Assembly (NCBI GenBank): GCA_002633005.1
Contig: NMRA01000293.1
Coordinates: 295,132-359,131, forward strand
Direction: 5' to 3'
DNA length: 64,000 nucleotides
DNA from: Phoronis australis
Lineage: Eukaryota > Animalia > Phoronida
Shown: positions 1 through 12,100 of the stretch, piece after piece
Position numbering within the stretch: position 1 is the stretch's first letter
Layout of the letters: each line of letters starts with the position of its first letter
Position numbers and translations under genes: made by a program
The notes under the pieces: generated by a model
The model's input: only the letters and a program-made list of their open reading frames with translations
Databases searched by the model: none
What the model was told of the DNA's origin: nothing

Positions 1-155
1 CCGGAAGTGAATCCAGAGATGGCCGACACATTAGAGTTTCGCCTCCGATTCATGGCCACATCTAGCTCCTCCTGTTGCCAGATGTCTTCATCAGCCTCTG
101 GCACTAACAACTTGTTACACATGCGAGTCTCGTTCAGTTCTTGAAGAAGCAGATG
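1..155 (-). CDS. SZT2: SZT2 exon 36 (truncated by window edge)
   Basis: tgcag|[26 protein letters not shown]. Confidence 0.93.
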
Positions 156-3100
156 CTGCACAAAGATTGATCTTCGTTAATTCAACACAACAACGGAACA
201 AAAACGACAATTTGCTAAAATTTGACCAATACAAAGCATGCTCTGTCACGTTACAAAACACACGCCAACTGAAAATATTTTTCTCCCATTTAGTTCACAG
301 CGTGGTGGAAAAGGGAATCTTATTTTGCTGACATTTTTAAGATAATCATTTAAAAAAATCTTTATTAGTACTGCAACAGTACACTCAGTTGTACCATGTT
401 AAATTAAGTATTTTCTCAGTGTACTAGTCATTAAACCTTGTTTGATGACATCTCTGTCACCCAACAATAAATGGTTAAGTTGACTGTATCAAACGAATGC
501 AAACAGCTTATTTATGAAAATGGATAAACAACTCCGTTTGGCAATTTGTGGGACAAAATTCCTGAAGAAGTAACATCATTGCAATTTAATTAGTTCATTG
601 AATTGTTTGCTAAATGAATCAGATCTACTGCTTTGTCTGAAACAAATTCAACACTTTAAAAGTTGACCCTATTGAACGCACAGTCTTGCGAAGTCCGTTT
701 CATTCATCACAATAGGCTGGCCAAATACAAGACCATGTTACAAGACGTACACAGGACAACTCTTAATGAAGAATCTTCAGGCTTGATGTTCAAGTGATAC
801 TATGCCAAATGAAACTAGTTAGTAATTACTTACCATTCACTACTCAGTGATGACAACTGACTTGTGTCATTTCTACTAACTTACCTTAACCATGATTTGT
901 AAAAATTGCTATTAACATAAGATGCATATGCAAATGAAAAACACCAACCTCTATAGTCTTTGTTGCATTATTAAGGATGCGTTATATTTATGTAATAAGA
1001 ACCAAATCAATTGAGGGAGGAGGCAGTGTGACCTAGTGGGATACGTGTTCGCTTCGTGGGTTCTAGTCCCACTGGGCCACACTTCTAGATCATTGAGTCA
1101 GGCCTCTAGCACCTCAGCTCAGTTTTAACTATATATTAATAAAGCACAACAAGAGCAACGCAGAGCGTTGAAATGCCCCCACAATTGCACCGCATACGGT
1201 ATCCTTCTAGGGTTGTTTATTGGAACCATAAAGTGGCCAGTAGAGGGCATATATGTAGTATGTTGTACTTTGCAAAATGGAAAGGCATGGTCATTGTCTC
1301 CTCAATAGGCTAGGGGCAAAATGTGAGTGATCTTCATAATACAAGCACATCCTATACACCAGTTTCTTAAAGCACCACAGAAACATAGAATTAAAAACAA
1401 ATTTACCAACATACGAGATTAGTACAGCATTAGAATGCCAGAAACAAATTTCTACTTGGAACTTTTCCTTCATAGTCACGAAGTAACACAAAGTATACAC
1501 CTGAAGACCTATGAAAATACAGAGGTCAATGTAAAATACTACAATTGCCACTAGAGGCATACCGGTAGTCAGAATCATCCTTAAGTCGTCATCGTCCGTT
1601 GTCAACAACACATAAATACACTTGCTAAATTTAGTAAAGATCCTGCAAACGGTTTGTGAGATACAGCCATGGGCGCAAAAAAAAACTGCCACTAGGAGGC
1701 GCCACAGTAATCAAAGTCATGGGAAATTCAGCGTCAACCGTCCTCTTCATAGTAAGAGCATACATGCCAATTTTCACAATCATACTTATAGCGGTTTGGT
1801 TGATAGAGGGGTGGACGCCAAAAAACAGACTCAAAAACAGTAAAAATGGCCACTGGGTGTCGCAAACTAGGTTGAATCCATCCGAAAACAGGAGGATAGC
1901 GTCATCGCACTAATAGGTGCCTACATACCAAATTTCATGAAAATCCGTTAAGGACTTGTGAAGATACTGAGGTAAACGTAAAAAAAATAAAATTGCCACT
2001 AGGGGGCACACTGGTAGGCGGATCCGTCCAAAAGTCGTCATCGTCTGTTGTTAACATAATATAAATACACTTATTAACTTTCGTAACGATCCTGCGAACG
2101 GTTTAGGAGATACAGCCATAGGCGCAAAAAAACAAAACTGCCACTAGGAGGTGCCACAGTAGTCCAAATCGTCTGAAAATCATTGTCAGCTGTCCTCTTT
2201 ATAGTAAGCACATACACGCCAATTTTCACAATCATCCTTTGAGCGGTTTGGTTGATAGAGGGGTGGACGCACAAAAACAGACTCAAAAACACTAAAAATG
2301 GCCACTAGGTGGCGCAAACTATGTCGAATCCATCTGAAAACGGCAGGATAGCGTCATCTCACTAATAGGTGCCTACATACCAAATTTCATGAAAATCCGT
2401 TAGGGACTTTTTAAGATACAAAGGTAAGCGTAAAAAACTAAAATTGCCACTAGGGGGCACACCGGTAGTCGGATCCGTCCGAAAGTTCGCACATGCCGTC
2501 CCATTCATGAATGGAACACGTGTGCCAAATTTCATGAACGTATGTCAAAGGGTTTTGGAGATAAAGCAGCGGACGCCGGACGGACGCCACCCGGACGGAC
2601 GGAAGGGGATGACGGCATAATGCGTCCACATATAAATATGTGGGTGCATAAAAATGGTTCCAGGTGATCAGTGCAATGGGCTCACCTGAGTGGCACGCGC
2701 GTGTCTGGTACAACGTGTAACAGACTGCCTGCTATTATTTTTTTTAATACCATTGCTTGATTAGTTATGGTTGTATTGTACCTCCCATTGTATTGCATAC
2801 ACACAGGATACTCACTTGGTTGACTACCTGACAGGTATGTTTAATATTAGTCAACACCTTGGCGTACACCTTCATCAGTTCGTGTAGTCTCTCAGAGTCA
2901 TTCTCATTCTCCCTAGAAACACTATTTGAATTACACGAGACAGGAAATATCCAGATTTACAGTAATTCTGTTGTCAAGTCATCATTCAGTTAACTATTCA
3001 CAATGACAAATGAGCCAATATTCTAGAAATGGAGTCAGAAAATAACATAAAAATGATGTAGAACATGAACATAAAAGTATCCCCCAGCCAGTTAATAAGT

Positions 3101-6100
3101 TAGGCATTTTAAAAGTATGCAGCAGGAATCTTGGTGATTTTATCAGGGTAAGTCAAGCAGGTTGTATACATTACTGAACAGAAAAGTGAAACTGGGAAAA
3201 TCAGAGTGCAATTAACACCAAAGACACTTGTACAAGACAGTACTTTGTACAGTGATACCTGGTGGTGAGTCACCAAACTGCAGGCAGTGTTCAGCCCTGA
3301 CAGTAGTAGGAGTTGGACATTCTCAGTTACCTGTAGCGTTTTAAGGTCATGTAGCCTTCGGACACTATGCTTTATGAACTGAACTTTCAAAAACGTTGTT
3401 ATGAATTGTTTTTAAAATGTTCCACTTTTATACGAAGAAGTAACAAGAAATTGGACTTTATAATTTTTATGAAAAAAATCAAAAGTTAAATAAAACAAAT
3501 AAATGAAATACTATAAAAACTGCAACGGATTTTTTAGATTCCATCTTGAACATTTGCATCAAACGAAATTTGTTCATGACATGGATACTACTCTGCTATG
3601 AAAGCACCTTATCGCTAAATTTCATTAAAAACACAATGTCATGGTCACATGACCCAATTAATGGCAGATAATGGCTAAATATACAGACTTGTCGATAAGG
3701 AGAAAAAATTATTCCAACAATACCTGGTATGAAAGAACACTTCAACCACGTCATTCTGCAGTCTCATGATGAGCCAGAAATCTGGAAGGAGTGGACGCTT
3801 AACCGTGTAGTTAGAGGACATGTCAGTCAACGGATTGGTCTCTTCCGACTCACTGTTTCCACTGGAGTCTCCCTCATAACCAGACACTAAAGGTGACAAG
3901 GAGTTAATGACAATTCCACTTCACATTCATGAATCAAACGAAATGAACACTAAAATAAAAAGCATGACTCTCAGTGCATCAAGTGAAATGGTACAAATAA
4001 CAATTCGAGTGAATTGAAAGTATGTGAAACTATCATATGCCGTACTACTCTGTCCCGAACCAATGATCACCACGTCCCCCTGTACTGTACGACGTGACCT
4101 CTTTCAATTCTGTTAGGTCATCATCAATGTCAATGCCAGACATGCATGGCCGCATTCTTCCTCCAGTCCAAATTTCAGCTGTTTTGTGGCAGCTTACTCT
4201 GTTACTCACAAATGACCTACTTTCACAACAAAATCAACCATTTTCAGTCCAAACTTCAGCTGTTTTAAGGCAGCTTACTCTGTTACTCACAAATGACCTA
4301 CTTTCACAACAAAATCAACCATTTTCCATTCGAATCAACTATTAGTAGGACGACACCTCCCACACTTCCAATTAAGTATCATCCTTGGAAGTCAGCCAGT
4401 TCTTACCTTCTCCAGTACAGCTACCTCGGCTACTACTGAATACACTGGACAACTTCCTCTCCATGTTACCCACCGGACCCGACACATTTCGTGACCTCAC
4501 ACCCCCTGGTTGAGTACCAGCTGTGGTGGTGGGCCCTGATGAGTGGCGCGAACGTGGCGCAATGGGTGTGCCACGCAGAGATGCACAAGTGACGGGGGTC
4601 TGAGGTGTGCTGGAGTAACGCTTGTGTCGCAAAATTGACTTCAGGGGCAGCAGGTCTTCTCCAACCGCACGAGTGGAAGGCAGACTCTCTGTGCTAGCAG
4701 CTTTCTTGATCTGAACACGGCGTGCATTGAGAGATGACAGGCTGCTCAAGTCGTGGACTCCTGCAGAGAAGTGCAGAAGTGCATTTACTAAATCAAACGC
4801 TTTCTGGGCTTAACTCCAGTTATTGTACACTGTGTTATGAAAACAAATTCCCCAACTTACATCCAAAAAACACAACAGGGCTGTCCTGAATTACATGGCA
4901 ATAGAACTCTCCTTTTTCCTGGAGATAACAAAGCGCATGACCTAGTTTTGGGTATCAGGCACATTTTCATGTCTCATTGAAGTCGGGAAGGTGAACAATT
5001 TCAGATCACACATCCACAGGTATTTGTCCAGTTTATCAAACTTTTTCGCGTTGGAGATGCAAACTCCATCACAGCAGTAATAATTTCTTGGCTTTGAAAG
5101 AATGAATAGATTAATGCAATCAAGACTTGAAAACAATCAGACAACAACAAATAACATGTAAAATTTCAGTGGCACAAAAACGAGACAGCAAATGTGCCTG
5201 ACAGATGTTTACGGCATTGTGGGTAAATAGAGCATTATGGGTAAATACAGCGTGATTCAAGTGTCATTGTGTAATCTGGGACAACCCTATTAGTATGTAC
5301 TTTGGTCATAATTTCAAGATCATTTTTATCCCTAGAATGAAAGTAATACTTTTATGTCACTAAATGAAAACAACCCAAGCGGCTTTTTACTAATAATAGC
5401 AACCTCTTTGAATGCATTTCTTACTTATAGGAAAAGAATGTTATGGACACATACTGTCCAACAAAATGACTATTGTCTAATCACAACCTTACCCTCTTGT
5501 GCAACATTATCATGGGTCGATGGGGCAACAGCTGTCACTGCAGCGCCATCTTCAGAGCCAGCGCTCCCAGGACGTAACCGGGATAGGAACACGGTCTCCG
5601 AATTGACTCGCTTTATGTTTTTTTGCGATTCAGCCACCAGTGATTGACTGGCTGCCTGTAACACTTCAGATACGCTAGGGTGAACGTCGACAGGTAAGTC
5701 TTGCACAGCCAATTTGTCCAGAGACTCCGATTCATCAAGAATCTGCAAAAAATGGGGTGCATTCGTTATACTCCCAGTCACTGAGGGACAACAATATCGT
5801 CTTAAATTGATTATAGTTGCTTGAGTCTATTCAAATATTGTCCCAAAGAGTATCAATCCAGACTGAAATCATTCAGTATGAAAATACATCCACCCTTTTC
5901 TATTTAGTAATGTCTCCAGATGATTTGGTCTACAACTGTTACACAAAATTCATTGAGCTTGAATACTACATATTGGCAACTTTTATCAACAAATTTGTTT
6001 AAGCTTTAATTTTTGGTGCATACCTTAATTATTCAAGGGTTCACATTACTGAAAAATCTCAACAAATTGGGACACACTAAACAATGTAATTTTATCTGCC

Positions 6101-9100
6101 AGTTTTTTCATGAAAAACAGGCAGCAGCAAATCAACGCACAAATAATTACTGATGGTTTCGATGTATTTGTTTCGTAACAAAAATAGAATCTGAAGGATG
6201 GTAAGAAATATTTAGGAAATTGATTTGATGAGACTAAATGCAGTAATTCGCTTTTGTTTTTAACCAGCTAAACAGTAAGACGTGCAGCTTATCTGTAGCA
6301 CTAAGACTTACATCGTCGCCATTAATAATCCAGGTTAGATCAGCGATTAATAAATTATAATTTAATAGAATTGTTACAGTAACTGTCTCTGGATACTTGT
6401 AAAGCATCTTGAATCAGAAAAATGAAAAACCACAGGCTCAAGAATATGTTTAATTTTTTATTTCTTTCTTGTATTTCATTAATAGTATTGCTGTGAATTC
6501 ATTGCCCACTTCTCACCTGTATTGAGCTGCCACTACTCCTATCATTGTAGCCACCATCTGCATACACACTCTGACATTGGTCACGGTCAGGCGTTGGCTC
6601 AACCAGACTTATTTTGATCTTGTCTGCTCTGGTGTCCACTGGCGCCATCTGTTGGTCGTCGTCGCCGCCTAATTCCTCCTCGATCTGTGTAAATGAATTG
6701 GTGGTGTTGAACACATCTCCTTCGTACTCATGGTGACAGGCTTCGGATGTTTTATCTGGTGATTGTTGGTCAGTCAACAGCTCCAGTCTAGATGTCACTG
6801 CTAGTAGTGTATTACTGCGCACTCTGTCAGCAACAAGGAAGTAGTAGTCTCCCTCGCGGTTGACATGGTAACCAGGCACGTTCATCCGCTCAAACTCCTT
6901 CAAATAAATCAAGAGCTCAGCAAGAATTCTTGTAAATGAAGACAAACAAGTTCCACGCATGGACATTAACCTACAAAATCCTAATTACTCTTTGCTGAAA
7001 CGAGAAACTCCACCAGGTGTTGATCTATATAAGGTCAAAAAAGCAGATTTGGTTCTGGACTAACCCAACTCATTTTGAGACATGCGCTCTCACATTTAAA
7101 AAATACGCTTGTGTACATTAATTTCAACCAATGTCTCGTTTTTTTTGAAAAGCTGCACAAAGGCATGTAAGCAAACTGGCAAGCGAGGTTTGAAACACCA
7201 TGATTTTCCATGCGATGAGTAATAAATGATTGTCCTTTGTTCATCTCACGTGGACTCTCGTCTTAGCAAAAGTGAGCAACTAGATGAGAACTAACGAATG
7301 CATTTCTGGCCGAATCATAGAGACCATGCTCTGAATACAATGACACAATAGGACAAGCCAAGAGACCATGCTCTGTACAGAATGGCACAATAGGCCAAGC
7401 CAAGAGACCATGCTCTAAACAGAATGGCACAATAGGCCAAGCCAAGAGACCATGCTCTAAACAGAATGACACAATAGGCCAAGCCAAATTTGAAGAGCCT
7501 GATCTCAAGTAATAACAAACTGTCAGTGCTTTCCAAGCTTTGAAATCATGTCCAGCCTGCCTAATGAGCAATTTGAGACCAACTTCAAATGGTAATTCAT
7601 CAAATTGAATATTCTTCGTAATAGTGGAAGAAGGTTGATAGCCACTCTGTGAATGAAGAAGGTTCATAGCCCTTCTGTGAATTACCTCTACAAACTTGTC
7701 CATGCTTTGCTCCGGGCCGTACACAAAATGTAAAGGTAACTGTTCATATATGCACGTATCTCTCTTTTGCACATCTTTCACGTGAGTGGCCACAAAGTTC
7801 AGTGTCTCTGTCGTAATTGGTGCAGTATTGCGCAGAGCTGATGCCCGCTCGTCTGTCAATAGCCAATAAATTTCATCCTTACAAGTTAAAACAGCCTTCT
7901 GTTGGAACTCAGGAATGTTATTCAGGGGGTCGCCTGCGAGGAACCTAAAAATCACAAAAATGTTAAGACATTCAGGTAGCAAACAGGGAGAACATGCCAT
8001 CACGAATATATTTCTAACCCCCCCTTCCGTAACATAATTGAATGACTCACATGCAAATGGCAAGTGATTACTGACATTCAAGTTACTTGTGCAAAAGATT
8101 TAGCACATGTATGATGTATGTGTTACCACAGTACAAAATCACATTCCTTTAACATAGTAGTCTTAAATAACATTTGTCCACTGTTCTGCAAACAGATAGT
8201 TGTAAAATTCCAGATGGTTGGGAACACCGTCACAAAAATAAACCTGCCAGTCCATGTGAATCGCCTAATCAGCACTGAAGAACGAACTTTGTGATCACAC
8301 GAGTTTGCTAACACACACTTCAGCAAATTGAGGTCACTCTAAAAAAGGAAGCTAAGACTAACCCTCCATCTGATGTCACGCCACTATATGTACTATAAAC
8401 GTCATCGTAATCAGTTCTGTCGGAGGTCAAACCCATTTCCACATCGTCAACATCAAACGATAGCAAACGATCAAAGTTGGGTTTGGCAACTTCGCTATCC
8501 ATTGGTAGAGTGAGGCAGATGATGTCAAGGGTCACCACAAGGTCATTGAGGTCAATCTCAGGGTCACGGATGATGCTTGCTAGTTCTCCTGAAAAAACAT
8601 ATGAAAACAAATTTTAAACCTGCCTTAATTTCATTCTGTTTATTTTGAGTTCTTCACTGAAGATTCAAAAGCAGCAGCTGATCTGTGATGTATTCACAGG
8701 AAATTGTCATTGCTGAGTCATGTGACTAACCTATTTTTCCAAATGATTCTTGACCTGTTAAGGTTTGTATGGTCTTCTTGGTAACAGAAAACAAGTCTTG
8801 TCATGGTAAGGGAAATTTTGAGATTGGCCTAATTCATTCTTTTTTTCTTATTGAGCTATCTAAACAGGGCAAAATGCACCTTAGTTTAAAGGTGTATTTG
8901 CATGCCCCTAACTAATGCTAAATGTACAGCTGGAACTAAACGACAATGATATTTGAACACCATCTATGCTAAACAAAGTGCAGTTGTACTCAGTGACAAC
9001 TTGCAAATGTGAAAACCAAAAATTCTGCAAAAAGGTGACCTTTGCACTAATGACGTACCTTAGGGGCTCACATAACCCGCATCACCAATACTTACTGGAC

Positions 9101-12100
9101 AGAGTTCAGTGATATACAGCAGATCATTTTCGACACAAAGCTTGTTCTTGAAACATTTGGCAATTTTCAACCAACTTCATATTCACAGGGTTGCTATATG
9201 TTGTGTTTGAAACTAATTTGACCAAGCAATCACAGAGATAAGGAATTAGCCTCCTAGTTCGACTTGGGCTCTCTATCACAGAATATGTAAGAAAATTGAT
9301 AATAAGACAGGTCACTGAGGACCATATTTTTCAGAGGTCTTTAGGATATCATAATAATCCAATCAACTATATCAGCCAATTGTTATGTTTTAACATATCA
9401 CACTTTAATTATAAAATGATAATATTCGTAACAATAAATGTACACTAAATGTCCATCACATATATGTTTGATAACTTAAAAACAAATGAAAATTGTCACA
9501 GAATTTGAAGACGAGTTAGTGTAATACTTGCACAGGGTACATTGAACAACAACAGTCACGTGTTAGTGTAATACTTGTACAGGGTACAATGAACAACAAC
9601 ACGTGTTAGTGTAATACTTGTACAGGGTACATTGAACAACAACAGTCACGTGTTAGTGTAATACTTGTACAGGGTACAATGAACAACAACACGTATTAGT
9701 GTAATACTTGTAGTGGGTACAATGAACAACAGCACGTATTAGTGTAATACTTGTACAGGGTACAATGAACAACAGTTATAGCACCAGTAACAGCGCTGGT
9801 AGTTACCAATGCAAGTTGGTAAGGACTGGACAGCCAATGAATGTGTGTTGAATGTTTTGGTGCGGACTGTGCAACTTAGGTGGATGAACAATGGTTGGTC
9901 CTCAGAGTCTTCTGAATCAACAGCAAATGACAAGTCCCCGAATGAAGAGCTACGGGACTCTGAACTGCCAAAGTTGGAATGCACTGAATCCTGAAAGCAG
10001 ATTTTAAGCAGATGAAGTTCAAATCAAAAATCGATATTTATCAAAAAACAATGGGAGTTTCATATTCAAAATAACTGACAATCCCAGTGATTTGTTTTCA
10101 TTTCTAAATGTAACGACCCACGGCCCGGCGCCCCAAACTTCCCCCTCCCCCAAAACGTTCAAGCAGGGATGTACTCTAGACAACTTTGAGCATTTCTTTA
10201 AACATGCAAATTAAGGGCGCCATTATGCAAAATTCTGTTTTTGCTTATAATTGCATCACCAAGCACTTACAGGTACATTATTTTGAAGTTTCTACCTGTG
10301 TCTTTATGGTTATCTCAGTGAATTTAATGAAGCTACACTAGCACTAAACAGATGGCTTGCATTTTGACACGAAAATCTCAAAATGCCACAAAATGTTACA
10401 GTAATTCCAGGAAAGCAACTTTTGTTACAGAATGTCAACATGTTTCATGGAGATGTTCACACAAATCTACAGTGACTACATGGTCTAAACTATCACTCAA
10501 CTGAAAACGGCCATAACAAATACCTACAACATTCCAGGCACCCAGCTAATCTTAACATAATTTACCTTATCATGGCTGGAAGGCTTAGTATCCTCATAGT
10601 CAGACACAAACATGTCGCTTTCTTCTCCCTCACGACCAGTGCTCAAGTCACCCGCTTGGTCCTCAGTCTCTGTTTGTTGCTGCAACAAGAAAACCAAGAT
10701 GATGACAATGCTAAATGCTAAATGGTTTTAGTGACAAAGAAACATTAATAATTCAGCACGAAGTTCTTGTGCTTAGTTAATTCTCAAGAACAAATTTTGA
10801 ATCATGTTCTTCCTGTTTCAGTTTTTATTTTCACTAGAAGAAATGGATGCTAACATTACATATCTGATTTTTCCATCCGTACAGTCAAAGATGAGAAATT
10901 TTTAAATAGGTTTCATACAAATATATCGAGACAGGATGAACCACAAAAATGTTAACTTTTGACAAAACATTGTTTGCTCGTTTGCCTCAACATAATGAAC
11001 AATAATCAAAAAAATACTAACGCTGGTTGACATTCGGTGCCTGAACGTGGGCGGGCAGTAGAAATAATACTTGGGATTGGATGGAATAGGCTTGAAGAAT
11101 TTCCCAATCACATCGTTGAACTTCTTCTTAATATGGCGGCTATCAGACGACAGACAGTTCCTGTATTTAGCCAGCGACGACAGAGGAAACAGAATCATTT
11201 GTTTTTTCTTAGCCTCCTCTTCCTCCCTGTAAAAGTTAAAAAGTTAGAGTAAAATTGCAGATTTGAACTCAGGTGATAGCTATAACAATCAGATTTGAAC
11301 TCAAGTGATAGCTATAACAATCATATTTGAACTCAAGTGATAGCTATAACAATCAGATTTGAACTCAGGTGATAGCTATAACAATCAGATTTGAACTCAA
11401 GTGACAGCTATAACAATCAGATTTGAACTCAAGTGACAGCTATAACAATCAGATTTGAACTCAAGTGATAGCTATAACAATCAGATTTGAACTCAAGTGA
11501 TAGCTATAACAATCAGATTTGAACTCAAGTGATAGCTGTAACAATCAGATTTGAACTCAAGTGATAGCTATAACAATCAGATTTGAACTCAAGTGATAGC
11601 TATAACAATCAGATTTGAACTCAAGTGATAGCTATAACAATCAGATTTAGGAGGTTGATTATAAGACGTCACCACAATTTCAAAGTGTGAACAGAATGAA
11701 TGTCTTATATTTAGCCAACAAGCCTCCCACAAACAGACCAACAGTACAATCAGCAAATTTTTAACAAAGTGTCCCAGGTTCTTAGATTGCTGTCACTAAC
11801 ATCTGAAGTTTTCAATTTGCCAATTTAATTAATATGTTGCGATGCACGTAGCCTCACTTCTTCATTAACGTCTTGGGATCGAGTTCACTGAAGACAATCC
11901 CATCATCCTCCTCTTCTTCCTTGTCTGCTTGCTCCGCCAACTCCGCTACCTTGCGCCTCTCTATGACCTTCTGCAGATGACGGCAGACGGTACACAGGAA
12001 GTTGGAGGCACTGACCTCTATGGGACGAGATTCTTCACAGATATTGTTGATGGCCGAATCCACATCGAGAAAGTGGACAGGATTACCAAGCTGAAGACTT

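Noticed and set aside
1018-1080. tRNA gene
   Set aside because: A and B boxes are too close, with no anticodon arm or acceptor stem; treated as a SINE remnant.
7263-8081. 272-aa ORF as an independent gene
   Set aside because: It is SZT2 exon 30 plus read-through into intron and the 42-bp minisatellite (HGLLAWPIV repeats).
11258-11648. 32-bp repeats resembling a CRISPR array
   Set aside because: Head-to-tail units without unique spacers, in a eukaryotic intron, with no cas genes.
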